A stretch of 64,000 nucleotides of DNA, from the NCBI GenBank assembly GCA_951406725.2, contig OX597823.1:115816001-115880000 (forward strand). The letters run 5' to 3'. The position numbers were made by a program, and so were the translations under genes. This document shows, in pieces, positions 26,684 to 39,206 of this stretch. The number at the start of each line of letters is the position of its first letter. The stretch's first letter is position 1. Below the pieces are notes generated by a model that did not search any database, was not told the DNA's origin, and worked only from the letters and a program-made list of their open reading frames with translations. This stretch comes from Octopus vulgaris. Lineage: Eukaryota.

Positions 26684-27332
26684 TTACCCTGCGCGTGTAA
26701 GTGAAAGCAAGGTATTGTAATCACCTGTCTTTGTCTGTGTGTTTGCAAAATTACTGGGAAATGGCTGAACAGATTTTTACCAAAGTTGGCAGAAATACTC
26801 ATTGGGTGAGTGGCTCAAAATGATGAAAATTCTATTTGATTATCTCTAACAAAGAAAAAAAACTGGTAATTGAACTTAAATTTCCTGATAAGCAAGTTGT
26901 ATTATTTTGTTTACTTTCTTTTTCATATGAACCGAACCTCATTTGTGTGTGTATAGTTCATGGTGTACCTATGCACGTAGTCACATGTACATACATGCAT
27001 ATATACATACATACATGCATACAAAAATACATACATAGATATGTGACTGTGTGTGTGTGTGTGTGTATACAGTGATGGATTCAAGAGTTTCGTTTATTCA
27101 CGATTTGATTTCTTAATTTCGCCAGAGTATAAATACCGATAATAGTGATACTTAAAAAAAAAAATTGAACTTAGAAATTTTCTGATAAGTAAGTAGTCAT
27201 GTTATTTTGTTCACCTTCTTTTTCATATGAATTGACCCTCATCAGCGTGTGTATAGATCATTGTGTACCTATGTGCATAGACACATGTGCATACATACAT
27301 ACATACATATATAAATACATACATACATATGC

Positions 27333-27366
<34 letters not shown>

Positions 27367-27615
27367 TTGTGCTTCTGTGTATGTGTGTGTGTGTGTACAC
27401 TGATGGATTTGAGGCATTCGTTTATTTATGAGTTGATTTCTTAATTTCAGGGAAGTATAAATACCTATAATGGTGATGCTTAAAAGAAAACAAAAAACAA
27501 ATTAATTCAGTTCAGTTAAAAAGCATGGGTAAGCAACACATTGTAAGCCAGACTATAATTTGTGAAAAAAATTATCTGCATGCAGGGTATGCATTGCACC
27601 TCTGATAATTTTTCT
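26684..27615 (+). mobile_element. Non-autonomous Helentron (DINE-1/HINE-like) with internal ~320-bp tandem duplication
   Basis: 5' subTIR TACCCTGC (26685) with nearby inverted GCAAGGTA, a GTCT-type microsatellite, core GAACAGATTTTTACCAAAGTTGGC and 3' subTIR GCAGGGTA (27582). Duplicated units at ~26845-27155 and ~27160-27490. Confidence 0.68.
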
Positions 27616-27974
27616 TTTTTTTTTAATTTAATTACAGCTTATTTGAAGTTTTGGGAGAGGACAATGCTCATGAGTCTTTTTAGGGTCTCTGAGAGTGACT
27701 AGAGGAAAAAAACAGTTGTTACGACCCAAACTCTGGGCCTGAAAGAGTGGTGGGAGGAAGGGGTGAATTTATACTTAAATGGAAACTTGGCTTGAAGGTC
27801 TTTTGCTGAGCAGACTCACCTAATTGCTTCCAAAGGGATATAAAATGGTATTCAACTAAATAATAGATGAAGTTATTGGTGAGAAAAATTTTAAATGTAG
27901 CCATTAAAATGTACTTATGATGGGTTTCCACACAGTTGCACTCAATAGAATATATATATATAATATATATATAT

Positions 27975-28392
27975 ATAGGCGTAGGAGTAGCTGTGTGGTA
28001 AGTAGCTTGCTTACCAACCACATGGTTCCGGGTTCAATCCCACTGCGTGGCACCTTGGGCAAGTGTCTTCTACTATAGCCTCGGGCCGACCAAAGCTTTG
28101 TGAGTAGATTTGGTAGACGGAAACTGAAAGAAGCCCGTCGTATGTATGTATATATATATATATGTATGTGTATGTGCATATGTTTGTGTGTCTGTGTTTG
28201 TCCCCCCAACATTGCTTGACAACCGATGCTGGTGTGTTTACGTCCCCGTAACTTAGCGGTTTGGCTAAAGAGACCGATAGAATAAGTACTAGGCTTACAA
28301 AGAAGAAGTCCTGGGGTCGATTTGCTCGACTAAAAGGTGGTGCTCCAGCATGGCCACAGTCAAATAACTGAAACAAGTAAAAGAGTAAAAGG
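27975..28392 (+). mobile_element. SINE family A
   Basis: Full, little-diverged copy. Confidence 0.9.
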
Positions 28393-28983
28393 GCATATAT
28401 ATTAAAAAAACAGAAACGCTTGCCCAAGGTGCTGTATAGTGGACTTGAACCTAAATTACATAGTTACAAAGCAATTTCTTAATTACACAGCCATGCCTGT
28501 ACTGATCAGTCGGGCAAAGTTTAAAATGCTTTTGAACTTACAATTCTAGATAAATACTTAATGTAAAGGTCATGATTTCTCTACTTTAGATTTCGCTGTA
28601 TCATTTTAATAGTTTCACTTCATTTTTCATTTCCCTTTTGCTACAACAACATCTGAGACTGATAGACAAAACAAACTCTAAAATATTGTGACTAATCAAT
28701 TTGAAGATTAATTAGATTTCAAGTAGTTTATGTGTGTGAAATTTAATTAAATTTGTGCACTAATTTATCACCTCTACATCACAATATCAATTTTTAATTG
28801 TCCCAAAGTGATCGGTAGAGCAACTGGAAGCAGCAACATTATGGCTCTGCAATAAAAGGATTCCAGTGTTTTCACATTTTGTTTATTTCTAGTTTCTTAT
28901 ATGCTAAACGTATAAAAGTGTATCATTGAGATGCAATCATAGCTGTGCATGTTCTTTTATTCTTTCATACACACATACACACA

Positions 28984-29385
28984 GTGGAAGCACATGGCCT
29001 AGTGGTGTGTTTATGAGCGAAACACCTAGGCTCCACGCGGCTTCTTTGGCAAGGCATGTAATGGCAAAACATGATTTCTTGACTCAATTTCGCCACAACT
29101 TTCTCTCACTTGTTTCCTCAAGGCACTCGCGGGTTTGAATTTCACACCGGGCGATGTGTGTGTTTATGAGCGAAACACCTAGGCTCCACGCGGCTCCGGC
29201 AGAAGGTAATGGCAAAACTTTTGCTGACTCTTTCGCCACAACTTTCTCTCACTCTTTCCTCCTGCATCTTGCAGCTCACCTGTGACAGACCGGCGTCCCG
29301 TCCAGGTGGGTAACCTATACGCCATGGAAATCGAGAAACCGGCCCTTATGAGCCAAGCATGGCTGGAGAAGGAACAAACAAACAC
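28984..29385 (+). mobile_element. SINE family C with partial 5' duplication
   Basis: GTGTGTTTATGAGCGAAACACCTAGGCTCCACGCGGCT occurs twice; the body matches 7094-7398. Confidence 0.8.
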
Positions 29386-29771
29386 ACACATACACAAATA
29401 TAGGAAGAAAGACAGAGCTTGTTTATCTTTGAAGGCATGTGACTAGTGGTTAGAGTGTTAAGCACATGATCAAAAGATTCTTGACTCAATTCCTAGACCA
29501 AGTTGCACATTGTTTCCTTGAGCAAGGCACTTCATCTCATATTATTCCCACCTACAGAGCCTAAATGAATACCTACTGACTGCTGCTGCAACCTCCTTTC
29601 CTTCAGGTGTCCCCTGCTGGATATCCCATAAAAACAAAGGTAGGGAAACCAGTAAGGTGGATATGTCTGCTTCCATCTGCTTTGGTATCTAAAACTAGCA
29701 AAAGCTTGATAAATGCTTCTAAGACTTCCTCAGTCGCAAGAGGAAAATGTAGTTTTATGTCTTTATATTTG

Positions 29772-30200
29772 TATCATCATCATCGTTTAACGTCCGTTTT
29801 CCATGCTGGCATGGGTTGGATGGGTTGACCGGGGTCTGGGAAGCCAGGAGGCTGCACCAGGCTCCAGTCTGATCTGGCAGTATTTCTACAGCTGGATGCC
29901 CTTCCTAACACCAACCACTCCGTGAGTGTAGTGGGTGCTTTTTTACGTGCCACTGACACAGGTGCCAGGGGAGGCTGGCAACAGCCATGATCTGTTGGTG
30001 CTTTTTACGTGCCACCGGCACAGAAGCCAGTCAAGGCAGCGCTGCCATCGACCACTTTTGGATGGCGCTTTTTACATGCCACTGGCACAGGTATCACAGC
30101 TACAATTTCCATTTGATTTTTATTTGAAGTTGATGTACTTGACTCAATAGGTCTCCTCAAGCACAGCAGGTCGCTCTGTAATCCAAGGTAAGCACAGCAG
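29772..30200 (-). mobile_element. RTE-3'UTR/tail element
   Basis: Reverse complement of the 4680-4850 tail; near-copies at 36008-36390 and 40865-41200. Confidence 0.8.
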
Positions 30201-30635
30201 GCCGTCCTGTGATCCAAGGTACTTTGGCTGGGCTGGGGCTGCTATGTGAAGCTGGTGCAGCAAACAGCCATATATATATTTGTGTGTGTGTGTATGCATT
30301 CTTTATTCTGTCAGTTTCCAGGCAGTTGATTGTTCTCATGCTGGGGTATCATAACATTTATTTTTTCGTTGATTACCTTTATTTTCTAGTTTTTTACCTT
30401 AAAGCTTCACAGTTAAAATCATAACGATTCACTTCTTTAGATTTTTTTTTTTTTGCTTTTTAGGAAATCATAATTAAGACTATGCTGGAGCACTGCCTAC
30501 AGTTGTTTCACTGTTGTCTTTAACATATATAATAGGTTCCACATTTGTTATTATTTCTATTAATATTCAGCATCACTAATTAATGGATTGATTAATTTTG
30601 CTGTGGAGGAGTTGTTGGATATTCCTTAGAATTAA

Positions 30636-31020
30636 TCTCTCTATATATAAACGGCAGTTTATCTGTGCGTTTTCTGTGTGTCTGTTTTCTCGTACCCTCA
30701 CTCTGACCACGGCTTTCAACCGATTCTGATGAAACTTGACACACACATAGCCCAATGTCATAATTCAAAACTAACGCAGCGAAAATTTTGAAAAGTTCCC
30801 CCAGTTTTGAAAAAAATCGATAAATTCGACATGGGGTCGAGAATCAGAAACCCAAACCACAGACCGTCTAGGGGACGCAACTCCACCTTTTTTAACTCTC
30901 AAAAAAAAATTTACCATCATTTTTTTCCCATTTTTTTGCTATTTTTTGGCTATAACTCTCTAAAAATGCTTTATAGTTATTTCCCTTACAAACCTGAGCA
31001 ACGCCGGGCGATACTGCTAG
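30636..31020 (+). mobile_element. Non-autonomous Helitron (385 bp)
   Basis: Starts TC after host A and ends CTAG before host T; GC-rich subterminal hairpin CCTGAGCAACGCCGGG at 30993-31008; no TSD. Confidence 0.85.
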
Positions 31021-31625
31021 TTAGTGAATAAATGTTTTTGTGTGAGGCATATTCAGATCAAATTTGCAATGAGATGTTTCATGAAGCTTGGGCTTGTAAA
31101 ACTCTAGTGTTTCAAACCAAATTATTATCTTTCTGCCTCATATGTTACTGATTAAAGATGGCAAAAGAAACACAACTGGAATTTACTACAGTCTTTGTCA
31201 TATATGTAAGGTAAACTGGATTACCTTACACAGAGCATGTTTAAGTTTTTAGAATTAAAAAAGAAACAAAAATAATATACATTACATACATACATTTATA
31301 CCTACTTACATACCTACCTACCTACCTATATACATACATACATACCTACAAACAAACACACACACACACACACATCTTTTACCTTTTACCTGTTTCAGTC
31401 ATTGGACTGTGGCCATGCTGGGTCACTGCCTTGAAGGGTTTAGACAAACAAATTGACCTGACAGGCTTCTTTCAGTTTCCATCTACCAAATACCCTCACA
31501 AGCTTTGGTCAGCCTGGAGCTATAGCAGGAGACACTTGCCCAAGGTGCCACATAGTGGGACTAAATCCAGAACCATTTAGGTGGGAAGCAAGCTGCCCAT
31601 CACACAACCACACCTGCACATATAT

Positions 31626-31661
<36 letters not shown>

Positions 31662-31701
31662 CATCATCATCATCATCATCGTTTAGCGTCCGTTTTCCAT
31701 G

Positions 31702-31733
<32 letters not shown>

Positions 31734-31763
31734 GCATACACACACACACACATATATATATAA

Positions 31764-31799
<36 letters not shown>

Positions 31800-31800
<1 letters not shown>

Positions 31801-34395
31801 GATGAGAAAGTTGGTTTGTGAAAGCACGTGGTTGAATATATAGAAAATAGTAAAAAGGGAAAAAACTACAGAAGGCTTGTTTTAAAAGGTTAAAAAATAT
31901 ATATTTGAGTCTATATGTCTGAAGAATATTATAAATTTTTTTCTTACAATGACATAATTTAGAAGAAATGACCGGTTTCGCGTTTAGCTTTTCAAATTTC
32001 TTACATCGTTATGTTTATGTTGAAAAGAGTTCTAGATAAGGGGAAGTAATAAGTGATTTCTTCCGGTGTAAGGGAGATAATCGCTTAAAATGTTTTGCCT
32101 TTCCTTTGGGGTGAATTTCTCTGTATAAGTATGTTGGAATGGTTAAGTCTGGGCTTGTACTTTTCAATGAAGAATGTTTCCTTGTTTAGTCTAATTTGTG
32201 TTGATGATCCGATAACACATTGGTAAAATGGAAAGATTAAAAATTGTGGTAGTAGTTTCTTTGCGCATTTCTCAATGTGCTCACTAAAAGGTATCATTCT
32301 GTATTCTGGGAATGCAATCTGTTGTCGATGCAGTGTGCATCTACGCCTGAGTGATAGTCCCGTGGACCCCATGTAGTCTTGGTGGCAGCCCGAGCATTTA
32401 ATGACATAAATTATGTTTTCAGAGGCACAAGTAAAATTAGATTTGATCTTGAATTTCTGTCCCTCTTTGAAGAGGAATTCTGATCCTTCTAGCAGGTTTG
32501 GACATGTTGCACAGTTCGGTCTACCACATTTTTTTACTTTTGCATCCATAATTTCAGAAAATAATTTTGCCTTTGTGAGAATCTTTTTAAGCGATTTAGG
32601 TTGTTTGTAGCTTTTAATGATTTGGTGTATGTTTAGAATTTCCTTTAATTTGGGGTTTTTATGAAGTATTGGTAAATTCTGGGTGATGATGGTGAAGGCG
32701 TCTTTGTTTCTGGGGTTGTATATGGATATGTAAGGTAGTATTTTCGGGAAGGTGTGTTGTTGTGTTGAACTTTTCTTAAGGTTTCTATGTTGATTTCTGT
32801 TGCACGTCTGATCCCATCCTCTATGAGTTGAGCTGGGTAATGTCTGTCAATTAGGGTGTTTTTGAGTTCTTGCAGTCTAAAGTTCCTGGTATTTTGTTCT
32901 GACACTATTGTGCATATCCTTCTTGCAAGGTTGAAAGGGATGTTTGTTTTAGTGTGTCTTGGGTGGCATGAATCAAAAAGTAGGTATTGTTTGGCGTCTG
33001 TGGCTTTGTAAAAAATGTCTGTTTCTATTTTAAGGTTAATCTGTTTAATTATTATATCTAAGAATGGGAGCTCCTTTTGGTTGTATTCCATTGTGAACTG
33101 TATATTTGGGTTTATGCTGTTCAATAGGTTTTTAAATTTTAGGAGTTTATCTGTGTTTTCATTCGAGATTATAAAATAATCATCTAAGAATCGTTTCCAA
33201 TTCTTTTTTATGTATTGAGAAAGGGGGTTTCCAAAGATTGATAAAGATTCCTGGTAAATGATTATTTCCATGTAGCCCATTGTTAGATTTGCAATGACTG
33301 GTGCTGCCCTTGTACCCATAGCAATTCCGGATTTTTGACGGTAAAATGTATTGTCAAACATGAAGTGGTTATTATGTAGGATGAATTCAATTGATTTAGT
33401 AATGAATTCTTTACTGATCCTTTTTGCTTTTTCTTCCGGAAATTGGTCCAGCCAGAACTGTATTGCCTCTAGTCCATCATTATGAGGTATACTGGTATAT
33501 AAGTTAACTACATCAAATGAAACCATGATTGTTTCTTCCTTGGCTTTTTTTGGAAGGTGGTTTAACATATCTAAGTCATCTCTGATATGGCTATTGATAT
33601 GTTTAAGGAAGGGTTTCAGGAGGATGTCCATAAATAGACTTAGTCTGTGTGTTTCACAGGTTGGGCCAGCTACAATGGGTCGTAGTTTTAGGTCCCCTGG
33701 GTTTGGTGTGTGTATGTATGTCTTTGGTGATTTTTTAATGGTTTCATTTATAATTTGGCTTTTATGAATTTTTTGGCAGACCATAGAAAAGGCTAGGTTT
33801 GCATTTAAAGTTTGTTAGAAAGTCAATCTCTTTGGTTGTTAGTTCCTTTTCATGGGTTTTAATTAGTGAAGGTAGAGTTTTCATTATTTTTTGTGGGGTG
33901 TAGTTGGTAATTTTTTCATAATGTAGGTCTTCATCAAGCAAGGAAATTACAAGATTTCTATAGTATGATGTATCCATTATTACAACTGCATTTTCCTTGT
34001 CTGTTTCCTTAATGGTTATATCTTCATCATTTTGAAGTTCTATCAGTTCCTTCCATTGTGTAGTGTTAAAATTTGAGTTAACTTTCTGTTTATGTATAGT
34101 ATGGTAGGGAAAGTTCTCAATGTGGTTACAGAATTCATCAAGATCTTTATTTCTTCCTCTGTGGGGGATGTGTTCACTTTTGTTCTTGACTAGTGATTCA
34201 TCTTCAGTATTGAAACTGGTTGATGCTTCTGCTAGTCTTAATTTTCTGCAAAATTCTGTTATATTATCCTTGATTTCATTTAGGTTGGCTCTGCGTGGAG
34301 TTGGTGTAAATTTGAGCCCTTTTGAGAGGATGTCAATTTTTATGTTAGAAAGAGGTTTGGTTGAAAGATTGATTATCTCGGTTTTTCCTTATTAC
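31800..34395 (-). mobile_element. Penelope-like retroelement (Neptune-type), frameshifted RT plus GIY-YIG endonuclease
   Basis: LSKGLKFTPTP N-terminal motif, LRPIVAG, SFDVVNLYTSIP, QKSGIAMGTRAAP, WKRFLDD, LPFLDI; Cys linker CGRPNCATC, then NIIYVIKCSGCHQDYMGST. Split into ORFs 33762-33977, 32645-33784 and 32085-32549. Confidence 0.93.
31963..32002 (-). ncRNA. Minimal type I hammerhead ribozyme fold, U3-A8 variant
   Basis: Minus strand AAGAAAU-UUGAAAA-GC UAAAC GC-GAAA-CCGG-UC-AUUUCUU: 7-bp stem I, palindromic stem III and a GUC site, in the PLE 3' region. Confidence 0.7.
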
Positions 34396-34474
34396 TAGGT
34401 TCCAGCCTGTGGCCTGGTGTCTCTGGTCCCTGGCTAAAAAATGTTGGGTGTAATTTTGTTTGTATGAGTTGTCT

Positions 34475-34810
34475 GTGAAGACACGTGGCTCAGTGGTTAG
34501 AGCATTGAGCTTACGATCGTGAGGTTTTGAGCTCAAATCCTGGATCAGGCTGTGTGTTGTGTTCTTAAGCAAGACGCTTTATTTGACGTTGCTCCAGTTC
34601 ACTCAGCTGTAAAAATGAGTTGTGACGTCACAGGTGCCAAGCTGTATCGGCCCCTTTGCCTCTCCCTTGGATAACACTGGTGACGTGGAGAGGGGAGGCC
34701 AGTATGCATGGGCGACTGCTGGTCTTCCATAAAACAACCTTACCCAGACTTGTGCCTCAGAGGGTAACTCTCTTGGTGCAAGCCCATGGTCAGTGTCTGA
34801 CCGAAGGGGG
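34475..34810 (+). mobile_element. tRNA-derived SINE (family C-related head, different body)
   Basis: TGGCTCAGTGGTTAGAGC...GTGTTGTGTTCTTAAGCAAGAC head. Confidence 0.65.
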
Positions 34811-35376
34811 TCACAACACAATATGCAATGGAAGTCAAAATTCAACTTAATAAAGAGTATGACCAATGATTTTTAATGAGCTATTAATTAAAGATGGCTT
34901 TTTTGCCCAGTTGTTTGGCAGCTATTGCCACAAGGATCTTAAATGTCTCTTAAATGCAACACAAGTCACGATGTTCTTTCAGGGGGTGAAGGTTTATCAT
35001 GATCTTGCTTCACTTCCTCAAGTATCCAAATGAGGCTAACAAAACCAGCCTAAGAAAGACAAGTTTGGTTACAAGTTGACCATTTGGAAGAATTATTTGC
35101 ATCATGGTATTTCCTTGTGTCTCATCTTTATTAGGCATGATTAAGGCAATAACATTCTTTAAAATGCAAAGACACAATGAATGTATTTTCTCTTTGAGAT
35201 ACCATATTGGTTACAATTATTTCCTTGCTTTCTATATCAACATTGCCTTTTTTGGCAGATCAGGTTTAAGGTAGTGTTTGTATTTTCACTTCAATTTCCA
35301 GTAAAGAGGTCTTTTTCCAGAACATAGTTACCCACAGAGTAAAAAAAAGGCTTTGGAATCTTTTCATCTTCTATAA

Positions 35377-35723
35377 CAGGGGTTCTCAGATATATATATA
35401 TATTTTTTATCTATGAACCCCTTTGATTACTATTTTATTCCAGTCGACCCCCATAACCATTCAATGCTTACAAAATTCCCATTTTGTCTTTTTCACATTA
35501 ACTTGTGTAGGTTCAACTTTGTAAAATGTTAGAGAAAGAAACCTGGATGCTTCTTGCAATACACACTAATAAAATACATTTAAAGCAAAAGTTTTTCAGG
35601 GGCCCTTTTAAAATATGATTGTGAATCCCCAATTTACTAGTTTGTTGCATGGACCCCCCCACCCCCACCCCAAATTTCATATTTACCCTCAGGGGTCATA
35701 TGGACTCTGGTTGGGAACTGCTG
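35377..35723. mobile_element. hAT-type MITE
   Basis: Ends CAGGGGTTCTCA / TGGGAACTGCTG; 8-bp TSD TTCTATAA / TTTTATAA. Confidence 0.75.
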
Positions 35724-36007
35724 TTTTATAACAACTATATGGCAACCACCACATCAGTCTGCTACATTGCAAAAGTGCTTCCATGCTTACAACATTTTGC
35801 TCACTTCCAGACTTCAAAATCCTTCTCACAATTTCACCAAAATTTATGCAAATCTTGGAAATATTTTGTTTTCCAAATAAGCTACATGGCTTGCTCATCT
35901 CACGTGGGTACAGTGTAGAAGAGCTTGGATGTGTGAATGACTGCATGTGTGTGTGTGTGTGTGTGTTGAAAACTGTCGTGAAAGAAAGAAATAAGACAAT
36001 TTGCTGT

Positions 36008-36405
36008 TCATCATCATCGTTTAACGTCCGTTTTTCCATGCTAGCATGGGTTGGACGGTTCGACCGGGGCCTGGGAAGCCAGGGGGCTGCACCAGGCTCC
36101 AGTCTGATCTGGCAGTGTTTCTACAGCTGGATGCCCTTCCTAATGCCAACCACTCCGTGAGTGAAGTGGGTGCTTTTTACATGCCACCAGCACAGGTGCC
36201 AGGGGAGGCTGGCAGCAGCCACAATCGGTTGGTTCTTTTTACGTGCCACTGACACAGAAGCCAGTCAAGGCGGCGCTGGCATCGGCCACTTTCGAATGGT
36301 GCTTTTTACATGCTACCGGCACAGGTATCACAACTACAATTTCCATTTGATATTTATTTTGATGTTGATGTACTTGACTCAATAGGTCTCCCCAAACATA
36401 CCAGG
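36008..36405 (-). mobile_element. RTE-3'UTR/tail element
   Basis: Near copy of 29772-30200. Confidence 0.8.
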
Positions 36406-36824
36406 TCATGTTGTATGTTACTAATTGCATATTTTTGTTTAAATACTTTTGGAATGATTTCCACAGTTGTTTCATAAGGGATTTTATAATATTGTAACAA
36501 GATGAGAGTTTCAGGAACACTTGAGCGGTGTCTGGTCTTATCTTGTCACATACAATAGTCGAAGAAAAGGAACCAAAACTCTGGCTGTCTTCAATAACAA
36601 TAAATAACGCTTTATTCTTCGGGTTCACAGGTAAAATATATACATATATATTTCTTAAGGGTGAACCAGCAGCCAAATCCACAGGACTTTACACAAATGT
36701 TCACTCAGGTAAGCCAAGAAGATACAGTGTTCATTCCTGCTTCGAAGAGAGAGCTTCTCTGTGTGTAGGGTTTTCCCTGAGAGAAGTTTTAGCCAAGTCC
36801 GCTCATTAGGGCTGCTCTTCCAAA

Positions 36825-36940
36825 AACACCGATTTAGCGGGTACACTTTCACGTTGTAGTTCCTGCGCATGCGCATGAGGGAACTTCCGGCGGCCTACCG
36901 GAAATAATTCAATTCTGCGAATGCGCGCTGAAACTTCCAC
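36825..36940. promoter_or_regulatory. Candidate housekeeping-type (possibly bidirectional) Pol II promoter
   Basis: Perfect NRF1 palindrome TGCGCATGCGCA at 36864-36875, second NRF1-like TGCGAATGCGCG at 36916-36927, inverted ETS cores ACTTCCGG (36883-36890) and ACCGGAAAT (36897-36905), GGAACTACAA on the minus strand at 36854-36863. Locally CpG-rich and not repeated elsewhere in the window. Confidence 0.62.
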
Positions 36941-37704
36941 AGTAGCATCACTAGAATATTTTCTAGAGAAACCTTTGTTTGATATATTGCCTTCAGCAGA
37001 ATACATTCATGTCGATGTTCTAAAAACTAGCTGCCTCTTTATATGAATTTCTATAATTTTTATTCCTTTCCTTACTTCTCTCCAACAACTGATATCTCAT
37101 AGTTAACAGTTGTAAGCTAGAGATAAGTTTAATTAGGAGCGTTGTTGTATAGTAGTCGTCTGTTTTTCTGTGGAAATTCACTGATCACATGAAGTTCCTT
37201 ACATTCAGATTAAGCTGGTTGTGAAAGATTTGGTATGAAAGTCAAATACATAACCCTATATCAATATAGCTGTTATCTGATTATTGAACAAAACCAAGAC
37301 AGTTATATGTGAATTATATATCCAAATATCTTATTGCTCCAATCGTTATTGTATTATTGGCTCGTTATTGAAGATAACACACAAACATTCCCTCTTGTCA
37401 GTTTTGGCTTTATCTTAAATGTATACACAATAAACGCTGTTTTTTCCTCTATATTTTTGTTGTTTCAGAGTGAGAGTGTGGTGTCAGGGAATGAGCGAGG
37501 CCTGTGTTTATTTGTCACTTCCACCTAAAATCTAAACCTATCAATTCTTTGTAAACAACAAAATGGTGTATTTATTAGATTTTGATTCATCTTCATATCT
37601 CTTCCGAAACACTGGTTCAATTACTTCAGCTCAATATAATTAATCAATGTGCACTCATAGGTGTCTCTGTAAAGATTTTTACTAATGCTTTGCTAATGAA
37701 AGTA

Positions 37705-37744
<40 letters not shown>

Positions 37745-38544
37745 TGTATAGAGATATGCACATATGCCAAAACTAGGTAATATATGTATGTAAGCAGAAA
37801 AAACAAAAAGGCAAGTGATATATATAGGAAAAGAGAGAGAGAGAGAGAGAGAAATCTTTCATATCTAAATCAATATATAGGTGTTGTTTTAAATCAAATT
37901 CAATATTACTGTGAAACATTCAATGTATTATAGGGAAAGTGCAATGTTTTCACATTTTCTCTGATTATGGAGATTTTCCATCTCCAGAATCAGAGAAGAA
38001 ATATTTATATATTTTTTCTTTTGCCTCTTCTTCACTTTGATTCTTTGTTTATATTTGTTAACCTCATCTTTTCAGGGAAATGAAATAAAATTAGTCGATT
38101 CTAAGTCAACATAAACAGATTTTGAGATCTAAGAAAATCTATAGCAACATTTTAAATATTTTTTTAAAGGTGAATTGTGTTAGCAAAAGAAAATCAATGT
38201 TTTTTCTTTCTGTTTATTTTTTTTTGTTTTGTTGTTGCATGTTTCATGTTGATTGAAATGAACTTTGTTTCTCTGCACTTGAGCAAATTTGTTTATTTTC
38301 TTTTGATGTTTTTCTTCTAAACCTAATGTTAAATACTTGTCTAATTTTCATTTCTTGTATAAAGTTTGAAAACAAATTTAAAACAAAACCTTCCCTACTT
38401 GCTCAGTGCTTCATCATTCACTTGATTCAGTCACTGGGCTGCAACCATAATATTGTGCTTCCTTGAAAGGATTTATTTTAACCTATCAACCCCAGTAGTT
38501 GTATTCTTTAAATCAACCTACTATAATAATAAAATAAATGCGCC

Positions 38545-38787
38545 CTTTTAAAGCCTAGCCAGGCTCATGGGCCCAGTTTCCCAGTTTCTAAGGTATATGT
38601 GTTCCCCGGCTGGACGGGATGCCAGTCCATCGCAGCGTTACTCATTTTTGCCAGCTGAGTGGACTGGAGCAATGTGAAATGAAGTGTTTTGCTCAAGAAC
38701 ACAATGCGTTGCCTGGTCAAGGAACTGAAACCACAATCTTACGATCATGGTGCTGACACCCTAACCACTAAGCCACACGCCTCCACA
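38545..38787 (-). mobile_element. SINE family C-related
   Basis: Reverse complement of the tRNA head plus V-like core. Confidence 0.75.
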
Positions 38788-38814
38788 CTATAATAATACT
38801 CTAGTGTTTTTCTC

Positions 38815-39079
38815 CGTCAGCATCAGTGGATATGGCAAGATTGTATGGAATGTGAGAGGGTGAAATAAAATTGATACCAGTAGTGATCGGAGCGTTGGGC
38901 TCAATCCCATTGAAACTGCAAAGCTTCTTAAGGCAACTGGAAATCCCATGCAAGACTGATGTCTTGGAAAATGCAGCTTTACTGGGCATTGTGCCAGTAT
39001 TATCTGTCTGAGGTCCTTGTTGTGACTTGACAAATGACTAAAGACTCCGGTGCATTTTCACCTACACTGTGTTACGAAG

Positions 39080-39080
<1 letters not shown>
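38815..39080 (+). mobile_element. REL-LINE (Dong/R4-like) 3' end followed by (AAT)n
   Basis: Remnant IKLIPVVIGALGSIP...LENAALLG; (AAT)n at 39081-39205. Confidence 0.7.
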
Positions 39081-39127
<47 letters not shown>

Positions 39128-39158
39128 TAATAAAAATAATAATAATGAAAATAATGAC

Positions 39159-39205
<47 letters not shown>

Positions 39206-39206
<1 letters not shown>

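Noticed and set aside
32085-33977. RT plus nuclease pair as a novel defence- or retron-like system
   Set aside because: Motifs and order match a standard Penelope-like element broken by frameshifts.
36239-36809. ORFs beside the promoter island (147 aa minus, 93 aa plus)
   Set aside because: No recognisable domain; the minus ORF runs into an RTE-tail repeat, and its ATG/donor at 36409-36396 appears repeat-derived.
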